Assembly: GCA_963677495.2 (NCBI GenBank)
Contig: CAXXOU010000002.1
Coordinates: 164,070-228,069 of the forward strand
From: Candidatus Cloacimonadales bacterium
GTDB taxonomy: Bacteria > Cloacimonadota > Cloacimonadia > Cloacimonadales > JAFGVF01
Reading direction: 5' to 3'
Length of the DNA: 64,000 bases
Both the position numbers and the translations under genes were made by a program. Below the pieces are notes generated by a model that worked only from the letters and a program-made list of their open reading frames with translations, did not search any database and was not told the DNA's origin. The number at the start of each line of letters is the position of its first letter. Position 1 is the stretch's first letter. Below, one piece after another: positions 46,077 to 57,700 of this stretch.

Positions 46077-49000
46077 ATGACTAAGAAAGAAAAGAAACTT
46101 GCTAACAGTTTTCAAAAAATACTTATCATCAGTACGATTCTAAGTGTTGCAATTATTTTTGCATTCAGAATGGTCTGGCATTATTCGTTTCTTAAGTCCG
46201 GGTTAAGTTCAACTCAGAACAGTATTGAAAAACTTTATCAGAAAGAAGTGAAAAACTACTCCAGGTACAATACGCAGTTCTTTGATGAATTCTTGCACGA
46301 TATAGAGATTCAAATCAATCGAGAGATTGAGATGTTTGGAAACACATTGCATAGTGCAGCAATCTCAGTTTATAGAGACTATAATTCTTCACTCCCTGAA
46401 CATGAGGTTAAGACTAAGATTATGAATACATTGGAGCAGATGCGAGATTTAGATATTGTTTCCTCTGTCTCAATTGTAGATACTAGCGGAACTTTCCTAA
46501 TGACGAGAGGTATAGACGGATTAGAGGGAAAGAACTTATCGTCATATCTTAGCCATTCAGCTAACAGATACATGCTTAATGAGTTCAAGCAGTTCTCCAA
46601 TACTTCTGTTACGACCCATAAAAAAGACAGTTTATATCTTAGTCGTTTTTGGACTGTTTGGTTACACAATTACAGAAACAATATTGTTGTTTCCAATGAT
46701 TCTTCGTCAGTTATTGTCCCACCGGTAGTTGTTACAGATGATTTGAAGCAAGTGAATCCATCATATAGGAATATGATTGTTGAGTATTATATTAACAGAA
46801 ATGAGTTAGAAACAGTTCTATGTATCCAAAGATTTGCACCCTATCAATGGGGTATAGTGTATGAATATAAGACATCCGAACGCTGGAAACAGATTCTTGA
46901 AAGCAAAAGAAAAGACGCTTATTCACTTATTCAAGGATTGTATGAAGACGTCAAAACAATGTCAATATTCATTGATGCAGATACAGATAATCACATTTTT
47001 CTTGGTAAGAGTGATTACTGGTCAGAGAAGAAAGATTTAATTACGTATATAAAAAAATCGTTAATTGATGATTATAAGGATGGGAAAGAGAAGGAAGGAT
47101 TCTTTCCCTTCAGATATCCTTATGGGAAATTAGCTAAAAATTATGTGTGTTATTATCAGTTAACTGAAAATCCTTCAGGTATCTCCGCGACAATAATTGA
47201 AGAGGGTGCAAAGATAGTTAGTGCTGATTATCTTGGTGCAATGTATCGGAAACAAGCAGTAGTTGAAGTAATTATTATCATTATCTTACTTAGTATACTA
47301 CTCGGTATCGTTCTCTTCTGGACATATCAAGTCAGACGGAGGCTTGAACATTATGTAGAATATATTTGTGATGCTTTTAACTCATATATGCCTGGAGTAA
47401 CTCCTTTTGAGATCGGTAATATTCAGTACTGGGAATGGCAAAAAGTTGCTGATGCAGCAAATAGAATGATGATGGAACGTTCCAGAATTGAGAACGAGTT
47501 AAATAGTGAAAGGGCATTAACTGAGCAACTCTTCTCAAGAAACATTAATGCTGTAGTCTTGATTAATCCTGGTGGTGAAATTCAAAAAGTAAACCCATCA
47601 TTCCAAGAACTGTTTGGTTTTGACTGTAATGAAGTAGTTGGTAAGAATATTGATGATCTGATTGTTCCGGAAGGTATGATCAATGAAGCCACTGACTTCA
47701 CAAATAAGGCTGTTACTATAGATAATATTAGCTTTGAAGCTAGAAGAAAACATAAGAATGGGAAGCTCTTGGATGTTCAGGTCTATACCACTCCTGTGAT
47801 TGTTAATGATTATGTTGTAGCTATCTATAGCATTTACGAAGATATATCTCTTAAGAAGAAAGCTGAGCAGCATATTATTAAGGCTAAAGAGGAAGCTCTT
47901 GCTGCCTCAAAAGCTAAATCCAGTTTCCTTGCGACCGTTAGTCATGAAATAAGAACTCCTCTTAATGGTATTATTGGTATGACTGAAGTTATGACCAATA
48001 CTGCCCTTAATAAAGAGCAACAGGATTATCTTGAAATTATTCATAATAGTGGTGATACTTTACTTGTGATAATAAACGACATCCTTGATCTTTCCAAGAT
48101 GGAATCAGGAGACCTGGACATCGTTAAGAAGATGTTTGACCTTGATAAGTGTTTATCATCTTGTCTTGACGTTATTAGTGCCGAAGCTGACCAAAAGGGG
48201 ATTGAAACTTTACTTGTTATGGATTCATCTGTTCCTAGAATGATATCAACAGATGAGTTCAGACTCAGACAGGTGATGCTTAACTTTGTTAGTAATGCAG
48301 TTAAGTTTACTGAAAAAGGTGAAGTAAAACTCATAGTCAGTGTTGTTGAAGAATCTGAAGAGAGTATCAACCTTAGATTTGAAGTATCTGATACAGGTAT
48401 TGGTATACCGGAAGATAAGCTGGAAAGCATATTCGATACTTTCACCCAAGCTGACTCAACTATTACTAGAAGATTTGGGGGGACCGGACTAGGCTTAGCT
48501 ATTTCTAAGAAGATTGTTAGAATACTAGGTAGTGATGTTCATGTTCAGAGTAAAGAAGGAAGTGGTACTTCATTTATCTTTAATCTAAACATTGAGGAAT
48601 GGGAAAGAACAACAACAGTCTTCGATACTTCGCGTATACTTAAGGGTAAAAAAGCATTACTTGTTGATTCTAATAGACAATCGCAAAGAGTAATAAAAAG
48701 CTATCTTGAGAGCTATGCATTGCAACCATTTATTGCAAATGATCTCATTAGTGCACTTGCAATTCTTAATGATGACAATGAGTTTGAATTCTGTCTTATT
48801 AATAACAACTCGAATAAAAAGAACATTCTTGAATTTGCAAAAAATGTAAGAAAGAGCTACTCTGCTGATGATTTAAAGCTAATACTCTTGAAGTCACCGG
48901 GCTCTACTTATAAATCTCTATCTGATTTCCAAGCTGTTCTCAGAAAACCTGTTTCTCTCTATAAACTAGCCCCGGCATTTAGTGAAGATAATAGAGAAAA

Positions 49001-49436
49001 AAGGGAAGAGAAAACCTTGATAAGTCGAGAACTATATAAAGGGTTCTCCGAAGAGTTCTCATTGAAGATTCTGCTTGCAGAAGATAACATTGTAAACCAA
49101 AAGCTAGCTTATCACTTGTTGGGAAAACTTGGTTATTCCATAGATATAGTTGATAATGGTAAGAAAGCACTAGAGCATTGCTTAAAAGAGAAGTATGACG
49201 TTGTGCTTATGGATCTCCAAATGCCTATAATGGATGGTATCACTGCTTCTAAAGAGATCATCGCACGTCTTGATGGTCAAGAAAGACCATATATTATTGC
49301 GCTTACTGCTAATTCTGCTGAACTTAACCGACAGGAATGTCTTGAAGTGGGAATGGATGATTTCATCTCGAAACCTTTTAAAGCGAGAGAACTAAAAGAA
49401 AGATTCGTTAAAGTATACAACGATAAATATATGTAA
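46077..49436 (+). CDS. Hybrid sensor histidine kinase / response regulator (periplasmic sensor, PAS, HisKA, HATPase_c, REC)
   Basis: H-box VSHEIRTPLNG, N-box SNAVKFT, DTGIGIP and GTGLGLA. The C-terminal REC domain reads ILLAEDN...VLMDLQMPIMDG...K. I prefer the ATG at 46077 (GGGGA SD) over the TTG at 46056. Confidence 0.85.
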   Translation: MTKKEKKLANSFQKILIISTILSVAIIFAFRMVWHYSFLKSGLSSTQNSIEKLYQKEVKNYSRYNTQFFDEFLHDIEIQINREIEMFGNTLHSAAISVYRDYNSSLPEHEVKTKIMNTLEQMRDLDIVSSVSIVDTSGTFLMTRGIDGLEGKNLSSYLSHSANRYMLNEFKQFSNTSVTTHKKDSLYLSRFWTVWLHNYRNNIVVSNDSSSVIVPPVVVTDDLKQVNPSYRNMIVEYYINRNELETVLCIQRFAPYQWGIVYEYKTSERWKQILESKRKDAYSLIQGLYEDVKTMSIFIDADTDNHIFLGKSDYWSEKKDLITYIKKSLIDDYKDGKEKEGFFPFRYPYGKLAKNYVCYYQLTENPSGISATIIEEGAKIVSADYLGAMYRKQAVVEVIIIIILLSILLGIVLFWTYQVRRRLEHYVEYICDAFNSYMPGVTPFEIGNIQYWEWQKVADAANRMMMERSRIENELNSERALTEQLFSRNINAVVLINPGGEIQKVNPSFQELFGFDCNEVVGKNIDDLIVPEGMINEATDFTNKAVTIDNISFEARRKHKNGKLLDVQVYTTPVIVNDYVVAIYSIYEDISLKKKAEQHIIKAKEEALAASKAKSSFLATVSHEIRTPLNGIIGMTEVMTNTALNKEQQDYLEIIHNSGDTLLVIINDILDLSKMESGDLDIVKKMFDLDKCLSSCLDVISAEADQKGIETLLVMDSSVPRMISTDEFRLRQVMLNFVSNAVKFTEKGEVKLIVSVVEESEESINLRFEVSDTGIGIPEDKLESIFDTFTQADSTITRRFGGTGLGLAISKKIVRILGSDVHVQSKEGSGTSFIFNLNIEEWERTTTVFDTSRILKGKKALLVDSNRQSQRVIKSYLESYALQPFIANDLISALAILNDDNEFEFCLINNNSNKKNILEFAKNVRKSYSADDLKLILLKSPGSTYKSLSDFQAVLRKPVSLYKLAPAFSEDNREKREEKTLISRELYKGFSEEFSLKILLAEDNIVNQKLAYHLLGKLGYSIDIVDNGKKALEHCLKEKYDVVLMDLQMPIMDGITASKEIIARLDGQERPYIIALTANSAELNRQECLEVGMDDFISKPFKARELKERFVKVYNDKYM

Positions 49437-49457
49437 AAAACGCTTCATTTTGGATAT

Positions 49458-49500
49458 ATAGGATTATGCTACATAGTTGCATAATCCTATTCTTCGTATT
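49458..49500 (+). terminator. Terminator hairpin after the hybrid kinase
   Basis: A 12-bp stem (ATAGGATTATGC / GCATAATCCTAT) is followed by a T-rich tail. Confidence 0.55.
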
Positions 49501-49545
49501 TACACACACAGTGGCGTTTACAATAACTTACATCATTGGAGTCAA

Positions 49546-49621
49546 AGCGACCGAAGGGAGTTGGACTCATAGTGATGTACTTTCGCCATTTTCGCTATCC
49601 GCCCATCTCCCTTCGGTCGCT
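49546..49621. mobile_element. Small inverted-repeat element (perfect 15-bp arms) related to the 3894-4102 element
   Basis: AGCGACCGAAGGGAG (49546-49560) is the exact reverse complement of 49607-49621. The element sits between two copies of the Family-1 5' end (CAGTG...TTTACAATAACTTA at 49507-49530 and 49649-49672). Confidence 0.55.
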
Positions 49622-49646
49622 ATTGCGACAACTTCAGAACAACGTA

Positions 49647-49826
49647 CGCAGTGCAATTTACAATAACTTAGCTATATTTATTGCCCTTTTTACTCCCTTT
49701 TACTGCTCATTCCACCAACGCACTGCGCACGCACTGTGATCCCACTGTGAAGGCACTGCCAACCCACTGTTTCACTGGGTGCACAGTGCGTGCACAGTGG
49801 GAAAACAGTGGGATGATTGCGTTTTG
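49647..49826 (+). repeat. Family-1 ~180-bp element, copy B
   Basis: Aligns with copies A and C. CACTG occurs at 49721, 49732, 49743, 49754 and 49765 (11-bp steps) and at 49773, followed by inverted CAGTG motifs. Confidence 0.85.
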
Positions 49827-50305
49827 TATTATGGATTGCTTCAACTGCAAAGATGGAACTAACTCTCGAATAGAAAAAAGCAGGAATAGACTAATGTAAC
49901 CACTGTAAATCGTTCACCTCTGAGCGATGAATTATACTAAAACTTCTTCAAAACTACCATTCTAATCCCCCGATACGCACTGGAGCAACAGATATATTTA
50001 AAGTAAATCCATCTTTTATCCAACTTATATGTATCCTATATGCTCATAAAGGTTTCATATAAGAGTCATATAGGGAACATATAGGGATTATGTGTCTGTT
50101 ACTCCAGTGCCTAACGTGGAAGTGGAGAGAACAATTCAAAAGAAAGATGTTGAAATAGCACTGTGCACTCCATAACTTAAAACGTAACTATTGTTAAGTA
50201 AATCTATTGTATCATAAAAGGCTGATATATGGGAGAGATAGATTAGTTGACAAATAAGACTCTCTTTACATTATATCGTAAAAAATCTGAGATTTGGGAA
50301 AGTTT

Positions 50306-51559
50306 ATGACAAAAACCTACGAAAATGAGAAGGGCAATCTTAAAATTGATGTGAGTGAAAATGCTATGGAAGCTTATCTTACAATCAAACTTACCCGTGA
50401 TGTAATCAATGAAGAAGAGATTAAAGAGCTTATAAATAAAGCAGGTATCGTATATGGTTTCGATACTGCTGCCGATGAAAATAAGGAAGCCGGCATCGAA
50501 AAGGAGTACGATGTACCATTCCTTATTGCAAAGGGTGGATTAGATCCATTTAAGAGTGAACTTGTTTGCAAGTTTGAAGCGGAAACATGCTATGCTCCAG
50601 GTAAAGATCCATCCAGAGTTTCATTAACCGGATGGTGTTTTGTGGAAGCGGGAACTAAACTAGCAGATATAAAAGTGGATGAGAACTCAAATGCAATAAA
50701 GAATATTCATGGAGTTACATTGGAACAGAGAGATTTACACTCATTATATTCCAGTCAATATATTGATAGAAATGTTACATTTAAAGACTCCGAAAAAGCT
50801 ATCTATTCTACAATAAAAGGATACCCTTACCTGAATAATGACGGGAAAGTTGGTGTTGTAGATGTTCTTGGGCTTACTTCGGAGCAGATTAACGATGCCA
50901 AATACTTACACTTTAAGACTCACGTTGATATAGATGGTCCAATAAAGGATTGCGGATTATTATCAGTAGAAGGCAATGTAACAGTTCATGGGAATGTGGA
51001 TAATTGTGCAATATACGCTACCGGAAGCATCCATGTTGATGGAACTGTGTCAGGTTGCAAACCAATCGGATTGATAAGTCACAGGGATATAACATTTAAT
51101 TCAGGTAGAGCTACTTTCTTTCATGCTAAAAGCACTATTAAACCGGAGCGTCAGGTGATTGATTCTCGTATGGTAGCAGGGGATGCTGTTGTTGGTCCTG
51201 ATAGAACCTTTGAAATAAGTGGTGGTAGCTGTTATGCTGCAAATTATATTAGTGGAGCTTATGCGGGAGACAGATTCAATTCTGCAACAAGAATCGAGAT
51301 AACACAAGATTGTTACCCGCAAATGTTAAAAAACAACTTACAAAAGATAATAGATAATAAGCTATTTGCCCCAGTTATTATAGATGAACTGAAATCGAAC
51401 CTGGATCTCATAAACGAGGATAGTAATTTAGGTGAAAGACTATCTGAGGAGAACGGTATCAGTTTTAAGGGAAAGATATTTCCCGGAGTTGAGCTGGTAG
51501 TAAATGGTAAATTGATTACGATGGATAAAGTAGAGAGTGATGTAGTAATCACTTTCTAA
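50306..51559 (+). CDS. FapA-family (DUF342) protein
   Basis: The N-terminal pattern ...LKIDVSENAMEAYLTI...EEEIKELINKAGIVYGFD and a beta-helix-like repetitive core are typical of DUF342. I prefer the ATG at 50306. Confidence 0.65.
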   Translation: MTKTYENEKGNLKIDVSENAMEAYLTIKLTRDVINEEEIKELINKAGIVYGFDTAADENKEAGIEKEYDVPFLIAKGGLDPFKSELVCKFEAETCYAPGKDPSRVSLTGWCFVEAGTKLADIKVDENSNAIKNIHGVTLEQRDLHSLYSSQYIDRNVTFKDSEKAIYSTIKGYPYLNNDGKVGVVDVLGLTSEQINDAKYLHFKTHVDIDGPIKDCGLLSVEGNVTVHGNVDNCAIYATGSIHVDGTVSGCKPIGLISHRDITFNSGRATFFHAKSTIKPERQVIDSRMVAGDAVVGPDRTFEISGGSCYAANYISGAYAGDRFNSATRIEITQDCYPQMLKNNLQKIIDNKLFAPVIIDELKSNLDLINEDSNLGERLSEENGISFKGKIFPGVELVVNGKLITMDKVESDVVITF

Positions 51560-51574
51560 GTAGAAGGGAGAGAA

Positions 51575-54500
51575 ATGAAAAAAGTCTACTTATTACTATT
51601 AATCCTTTCATTGGTTGGGATTAGTTTAGCCTATGAACCTCATTTTATGGACGATCCGGCGATATCACCGGATGGTAAAATGGTTTGCTTTTCCTATTTA
51701 GGAGATTTATGGTTAGTACCTTTTGAAGGCGGAGAAGCGAAGAGAATCAGTTTTTCTGAGTCTTATGAAAGTAATCCTTCTATTTCACCAAATGGGAAAT
51801 GGATAGCATTTAACTCAAATAGAGCTGGAAATACATCTATTTTTGTAATGCCTATAGATGGGGGGGAAGCACGACAAGTACGTGACTGCTCTCTTAGTCT
51901 TGATGGTTGGTATGCTAATAGCAAAGCTCTATTAGTAACAAAACGTGTACCATATGGACGTGGAAACTTGAACATGAAGTTATCGCTTGATGGCAAGAAA
52001 ATGGAACAAGTTAACCCATACACAGATAGTTACTCCTATCCTAGTCCTGATGGTAACAAAGTTATCTTCAATAAACAAGGTATGCCTTTTAGAGAATCAT
52101 ACAAAGGTAGCTTGAATGGTGACCTTTGGGAGTATGATAAGAAACTTGAGAAGTTTAACAGATTAACTCAGACAGAGACAACAGAACGCTATCCGGTTTA
52201 CTCTCATAAAAGTGATAAAATCTATTATGCCGGTTCAGATGGAGAGATTTTCCAGTTGTTCTGTGTTGAGAATAGAGATTTTGGTAATCCCAAACAGCTC
52301 TCAAATTTTGATACATGGTCAGTACGAGACATTGATATCGCGGTTGCTAATGATAGAATCGTTTTTGAGATGTTTGATGAGATCTGGAGATACGATCCAA
52401 AAGCAATGCTAAACAAGTTTGCCAAAATAGATATTGAGATTGTTGAAGATACTTGGCATGACTTGGATAGATATGAAAGTGTTAGGAATAAGTTTAAGAA
52501 CTTCTCTGTATCACCGGATGAAAAACTCTTAGCATTTAACTATAAATATGACCTTTTCGCAATGCCTGTAAAAGGTGGAGAAGTCAAGCAGTTGACACAT
52601 GACCAACGTGGAATAAACGATATATTTATTCTACCTGACAATAAGACAATATTCTTCACATCGTATGAGAAGGGTGTGAATCGTATGTATAAAATCAACA
52701 TCTTTAACCCTGATGTGATTGAGAAGGTTGATTGGGCTAACGATAAGCATATTGATAATGTGGATATTGCTCCTAATAAGCAGTATCTTGTTGAATATAG
52801 TCTAAATGAAAAAGATATTAATAGATTAGCATTAATGGATTCAACAGCAACAAAATTTACTGTTATTGAAAAGGATAATACTCCTTGGTATGGATTCGAG
52901 ATTTCAGAGAATGGCAAATATGCCCTTTATACTACTAGAGATGTTAATGTCTGGAACTCTAAATTGCATTTCTATGAATTCGAAACCGGGTTTGATCAAG
53001 TAATCTTCTCAGATGATAACTGGATTGGAAGTGCTTCTTGGGGTAAAGATAATAACTCAGTATTCTTTGTGAATAGCAGTACTCTTTTCCGGATGGACTT
53101 AAGCCCGATAAATGAGTTTAAGTTTAAGCATGATCATTGGGAGGATATCCTTGTAGCTGACTCTCTTCAGGTTAAAGAAGAAAAGATGGAAGACATTGCT
53201 ATCGATTGGGATAATCTTGAAAAACGCATTACTCCTATAGTTAAGAAGGACAAATGGCCGGGAGTTTTCACTGTAAGGAATGACTCAATACTATATTACT
53301 GGCAGGGTAAAGAACTCTATAAAACTAATTATCAAGGTAAGAACGAGAAGTTAATATATACGTTTAACCATGATTGGAGATATTCGGAATACAACTTTGA
53401 TTCAAATAACATCTACTTTGTTGGAGCTCAAAAACTCTATAAAGTTAACTTGAATAACGGTACTTCGAAAGAGATTAAATCTAAGTTTGACTATCAATAT
53501 AATGAGTTAGAACTTAATAAGAAAGTCTTCGAAGAGGTTTGGGGTGATTTTGGTCGTGGATTCTATGACCCTAAAATGCATAATGTTGATTGGGATGAAG
53601 CATATAACAAATACTTCCCATATACTGATTATATGTACAAACCAAGCCTGCTTTCAGATATAATTGAAGAGATGATAGGTGAGGTAAACGCTTCTCATAC
53701 AGGTTTCTATCCAAGAAGAGAGAAAAGACAGCATTATTTCAAACGTGGAATGATTGGTGCAGCTTTTGATTGGGATAATCGACTGAAGAAGGGCATAGTA
53801 TTGAAGAAAGTATACCTGTATTCAGCTTTGAACGAGATTTATAAAATCAATGATGGTGCCATATTGCTGAGTATTGATGGTGAAGAAATCACTAAAGATA
53901 CGGTGATAGAGAAGTTGTTAAGAGATAAAGTTGGTAAAAAATTGCACCTGACAATATCCCAAGAAGGCAAGCTAATAGAAGCAGAGATTAAGTGTTTGAG
54001 TTGGTCTGAGCAATATTATCTTGGATACCATGATTGGGTTGAGACAAGAAAGCGAAAAGTACAAGCTGTTGACCCTGACTTAGGATATGTTCACGTGAAA
54101 GCGATGAGTGAATCCAATTATACGCAGTTTGTTGAAGACCTTTTCAGTACTGAATATACTAAGAAGGGATTAGTTCTTGATTTTAGAGGTAACTCAGGTG
54201 GTCGCGTACACGATAAGATACTTGAAGTTATCATGAAAAAACAGTATGCTTGGGAAAGTAGTAGATGGAGAGGAACAGGCAAATATCGAGCCCCCGGTAA
54301 AGTATATGATAAACCAATTGTACTTCTCATTGACCAACGCTCTTTCAGTGATGGAGAGATTTTCCCTCATATCTTTAAACATTTAAAACTTGGCACAATT
54401 GTAGGTGTTCCAACAAGTGGTTCAGTTATTGGAACAGTTCCTCATGATTTGATGGATGGTTCTTCAATGCGTATGCCAAGAAACGGTTGGTGGCTTGATA

Positions 54501-54640
54501 ATGAGGAGCTAACTAATCTGGAAGGTAATGGCGCACAACCTGACATAATAGTTGAAATGACACCTGCTGATATAGTGAATGATAACGATGTTCAGCTGAA
54601 AAAAGCAATCGAAATCTTGCTAGAGCAGGTTAAGGAATAG
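51575..54640 (+). CDS. Tricorn-protease-like S41 peptidase with N-terminal TolB/PD40 beta-propellers
   Basis: 1021 aa with a signal peptide and PD40-like repeats (SPDGK..., SPNGKWIAF). The C-terminal S41 motifs are LVLDFRGNSGG and LIDQRSFSDGEIF. Confidence 0.75.
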   Translation: MKKVYLLLLILSLVGISLAYEPHFMDDPAISPDGKMVCFSYLGDLWLVPFEGGEAKRISFSESYESNPSISPNGKWIAFNSNRAGNTSIFVMPIDGGEARQVRDCSLSLDGWYANSKALLVTKRVPYGRGNLNMKLSLDGKKMEQVNPYTDSYSYPSPDGNKVIFNKQGMPFRESYKGSLNGDLWEYDKKLEKFNRLTQTETTERYPVYSHKSDKIYYAGSDGEIFQLFCVENRDFGNPKQLSNFDTWSVRDIDIAVANDRIVFEMFDEIWRYDPKAMLNKFAKIDIEIVEDTWHDLDRYESVRNKFKNFSVSPDEKLLAFNYKYDLFAMPVKGGEVKQLTHDQRGINDIFILPDNKTIFFTSYEKGVNRMYKINIFNPDVIEKVDWANDKHIDNVDIAPNKQYLVEYSLNEKDINRLALMDSTATKFTVIEKDNTPWYGFEISENGKYALYTTRDVNVWNSKLHFYEFETGFDQVIFSDDNWIGSASWGKDNNSVFFVNSSTLFRMDLSPINEFKFKHDHWEDILVADSLQVKEEKMEDIAIDWDNLEKRITPIVKKDKWPGVFTVRNDSILYYWQGKELYKTNYQGKNEKLIYTFNHDWRYSEYNFDSNNIYFVGAQKLYKVNLNNGTSKEIKSKFDYQYNELELNKKVFEEVWGDFGRGFYDPKMHNVDWDEAYNKYFPYTDYMYKPSLLSDIIEEMIGEVNASHTGFYPRREKRQHYFKRGMIGAAFDWDNRLKKGIVLKKVYLYSALNEIYKINDGAILLSIDGEEITKDTVIEKLLRDKVGKKLHLTISQEGKLIEAEIKCLSWSEQYYLGYHDWVETRKRKVQAVDPDLGYVHVKAMSESNYTQFVEDLFSTEYTKKGLVLDFRGNSGGRVHDKILEVIMKKQYAWESSRWRGTGKYRAPGKVYDKPIVLLIDQRSFSDGEIFPHIFKHLKLGTIVGVPTSGSVIGTVPHDLMDGSSMRMPRNGWWLDNEELTNLEGNGAQPDIIVEMTPADIVNDNDVQLKKAIEILLEQVKE

Positions 54641-54668
54641 AAAGTTTATTAATTGATATTTACTCTAT

Positions 54669-54693
54669 AGGGGTGGATTAAACCACCCCTTTT
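54669..54693 (+). terminator. Rho-independent terminator (possibly leaky, within a gene string)
   Basis: AGGGGTGG-attaaa-CCACCCCT is followed by TTT. Confidence 0.65.
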
Positions 54694-54707
54694 GAGTGAG
54701 GATATAT

Positions 54708-57700
54708 ATGCACGAGTTTTTAGAAGTAATCCGCAAGTTTCGGAAACGATATAATACACTTATTGGATTTAGGTATTCAATTTTAGCCCTTTTATCATTA
54801 CTCTGGGCTTTTCTGCTCTTCTTCATACTTTATGGTTTAGTTAGAGCAGGTGGATTCCCAATGTTCTATTTCGGGTTAACTCTAAGAATCACAGCTGCAT
54901 TGTTTTTGTTATACCTGTTTTATGCAGGTAAAAATAAGCTGTTGGATGATGTAAAATCTGCCAGGTTCTTAGATAGACTAAACAATGATAAAACTGAAAC
55001 TTATCAGAATGCTTTAGAGTTGTTAAACGATAAACAAGATTATGATGAAAATATCCTTAAATTAATCTTTGAAAATGCAAACCATAAATCCCAAAAGCAG
55101 GAAGAGCATAAACTAGACCTGTTAAATCCACTACAAAAACAAATCAGTATTTACGGGTTCATCGGTGCAACAATAATTTTGTTAGTAAACTTAAATTTTA
55201 TCCCTACTGCATGGAGTGCTTTTTATACAGACAAGCTTATAAAAGAGCAACATAGCAAAGTGATCGAGTTATCTCCCGGAAATGCTAAACTTCCTCGTCA
55301 TAGCAATCTCGATGTAGAGATACTTAACCCTGAACTTGGAAGTGACTACAAGTTTATGTATCGTCTTGATAAAGAGTGGCGTCAGGTAGAAATGGACCAA
55401 TTCAGATATAGGTATAATAATCTTGAGCATAGTATAGAGTATATGGTGAAGAGCAAGTATGCTGTATCTGATACTTTTAGAGTAGAACTGATAGAGAAAC
55501 CTGGTGTAAAAGGACTTGAGGTGAAGTATTTCTACCCCGAGTACACTGGACAAGAGCCGTTCGTTGATAGTTTATCTACCGGTAGAATAAAAGCGATTGA
55601 GAACAGTAAAATTAAACTTACTGCTGAAGTTATTTCACCATTAAAGCAAGCGTTGATGGTGTTTAGCTCAGGTGACTCAAAAGTGATGCAAGCAAGTGAT
55701 TCATTAAACTATACAACTACTTTTACAATAACAGAGAATGATAGCTGGCACTTGAATCTTGGGGACTATATTGGACAGGAAACGATTGATGTTGAAAGAG
55801 AAATAATCATACTTCCCGATGAGAAGCCATCGATTGAAATCTCCTATCCAGTAGCAGATACAACCCTAAATCAGACAATGCTACAGCTTTTACGAATCGT
55901 TGCATCTGATGATTTTGGACTACAAAACCTTGTTGTTCATTTTCGTATTGAAGATAGAGAAGTAATTTCCAGATCTGTAGTAAAGCAGATTAGAGGAGCT
56001 CTTTGGGAAAATGATTATGTACTCGACCTTACAGGACTGGACCTATTTCCGGGTAATAGAGTAGAATATTGGCTAACTATTCAGGATAATAAGCCTTCAC
56101 CTCAAGAATCAGAATCTGAACATAGATTCCTTAGGTTACCATCAATTGAAGAGATCTACAGAGAAATTGAATCAACTGAAAGGGAAAAGAAGGAAGACCT
56201 TGAGGATGTTCTTCAGAAATCTAAAGAGATGACTGAGGAGTTTGAGGAAGCAAGAAGAGAGCTTCTTAAAAAAGAGGAACTGGAGTGGGACGATAAGCAA
56301 CAACTTGAGAAGTTCATGGAAGAGCGCAAAGATATAAAACAAGATGTTGAAAAAGTTGCTGACCAATATCAGGATTTAATAGATAAGATTCAAGATAATG
56401 AGGCTCTCGCTTCCGAAACTGTTGAGAAGATGGAAAAGATTCAACAGTTGATGCAGGAATTGGATAGTACTCAGATGCAGGAAGCGATGCAGAAGATGCA
56501 GGATGCTATGGAAAACATGGATCCTGATGTACTCAAAAAGGCTATGAAAGATTTTAAGTTCTCAATGGATGACTTTAATGAGAAGCTGGAAATGACAATT
56601 GAGCTACTGGAGAGTATTAAAAAAGAGCAGCAACTTCAGAAAGCTCTTGATATAGCAGAACAGATGGAGGATCTCCAGAAACAGATAGAAGAGAAGACTA
56701 AAGACAATTCATCCGATCCACAACAGCTTGCAGAAGAGCAAAAGAAACTTCAGGAACAGCTTGAAAACCTTAAGAAAGAACTTGAAAAACTCCAGGACAT
56801 GCTTGGTGGAGAAAAGGATAAGGAGCTTTCAGAGCAGCTCAAAGAACTTCAAGAGATGAAAGAGATGCAGGAGCTTATGCATGATATGCAAGAGTCACAG
56901 GAGCAGTTACAGCAGAACAATAGACAGTCAGCTCAGGACTCACAACAATCTGCCAGTCAAAAACTTCAGAAGATGCGTAAGATGCTACAGGATATGAAAT
57001 CACAAATGAGCTCCGGTGGAGCAGGGGAGATGAGTGAAGCTCTCGGAGTTTGCCTTAGAAAGATTCTTTTCTTCTCAGATATGCATGAGCAACAGGTTGA
57101 GATTTTTGGTGATGATGCTTTCCAAATCCTACAAGCTGAGTTAGCAATTTTTGAAGGTATTGGAATGGCTGTAAATGAGATGTTTAAGGCACCAATGCTA
57201 TCTATGTTTATCACACCAAAATTCTTCTATGATATGAACTTCCTGGAACAATCCTATAGAGAGATGTTTAAAGAGATAAGTGAAAACCGTCACCATGTAG
57301 TGAAGAACTACCTTTCTGATATTACTAAAGGTATAAACTTAATTGCATACGACCTAATGCTTACACAAAACAGCTCTTCAAGTAGTGGTGGCTCAGGTAT
57401 GGAGTCACTTATGCAGATGATGCAACAGATGGGACAACAACAGATGGCAATGAATATGCTAACTCAACAGCTAATGCAACAGTTGCAACAAGGGAATCGT
57501 GGTATGTCTTCCGAAATGAGACAACAGATTCAACGCTTGGCTTCTGAGGAACAAAGATTAGCAGATAATCTCAAACGTGCTCTTCAAAACAATCCTGCTG
57601 CCCAACAGCAAACAGGAGCTATACAAAAGCTTATTGAAGAGCTGGAACAGATAGCTAAAGCACTAAAAGCTAATAGACTAAATCCTGACTTGCTTAAGAA

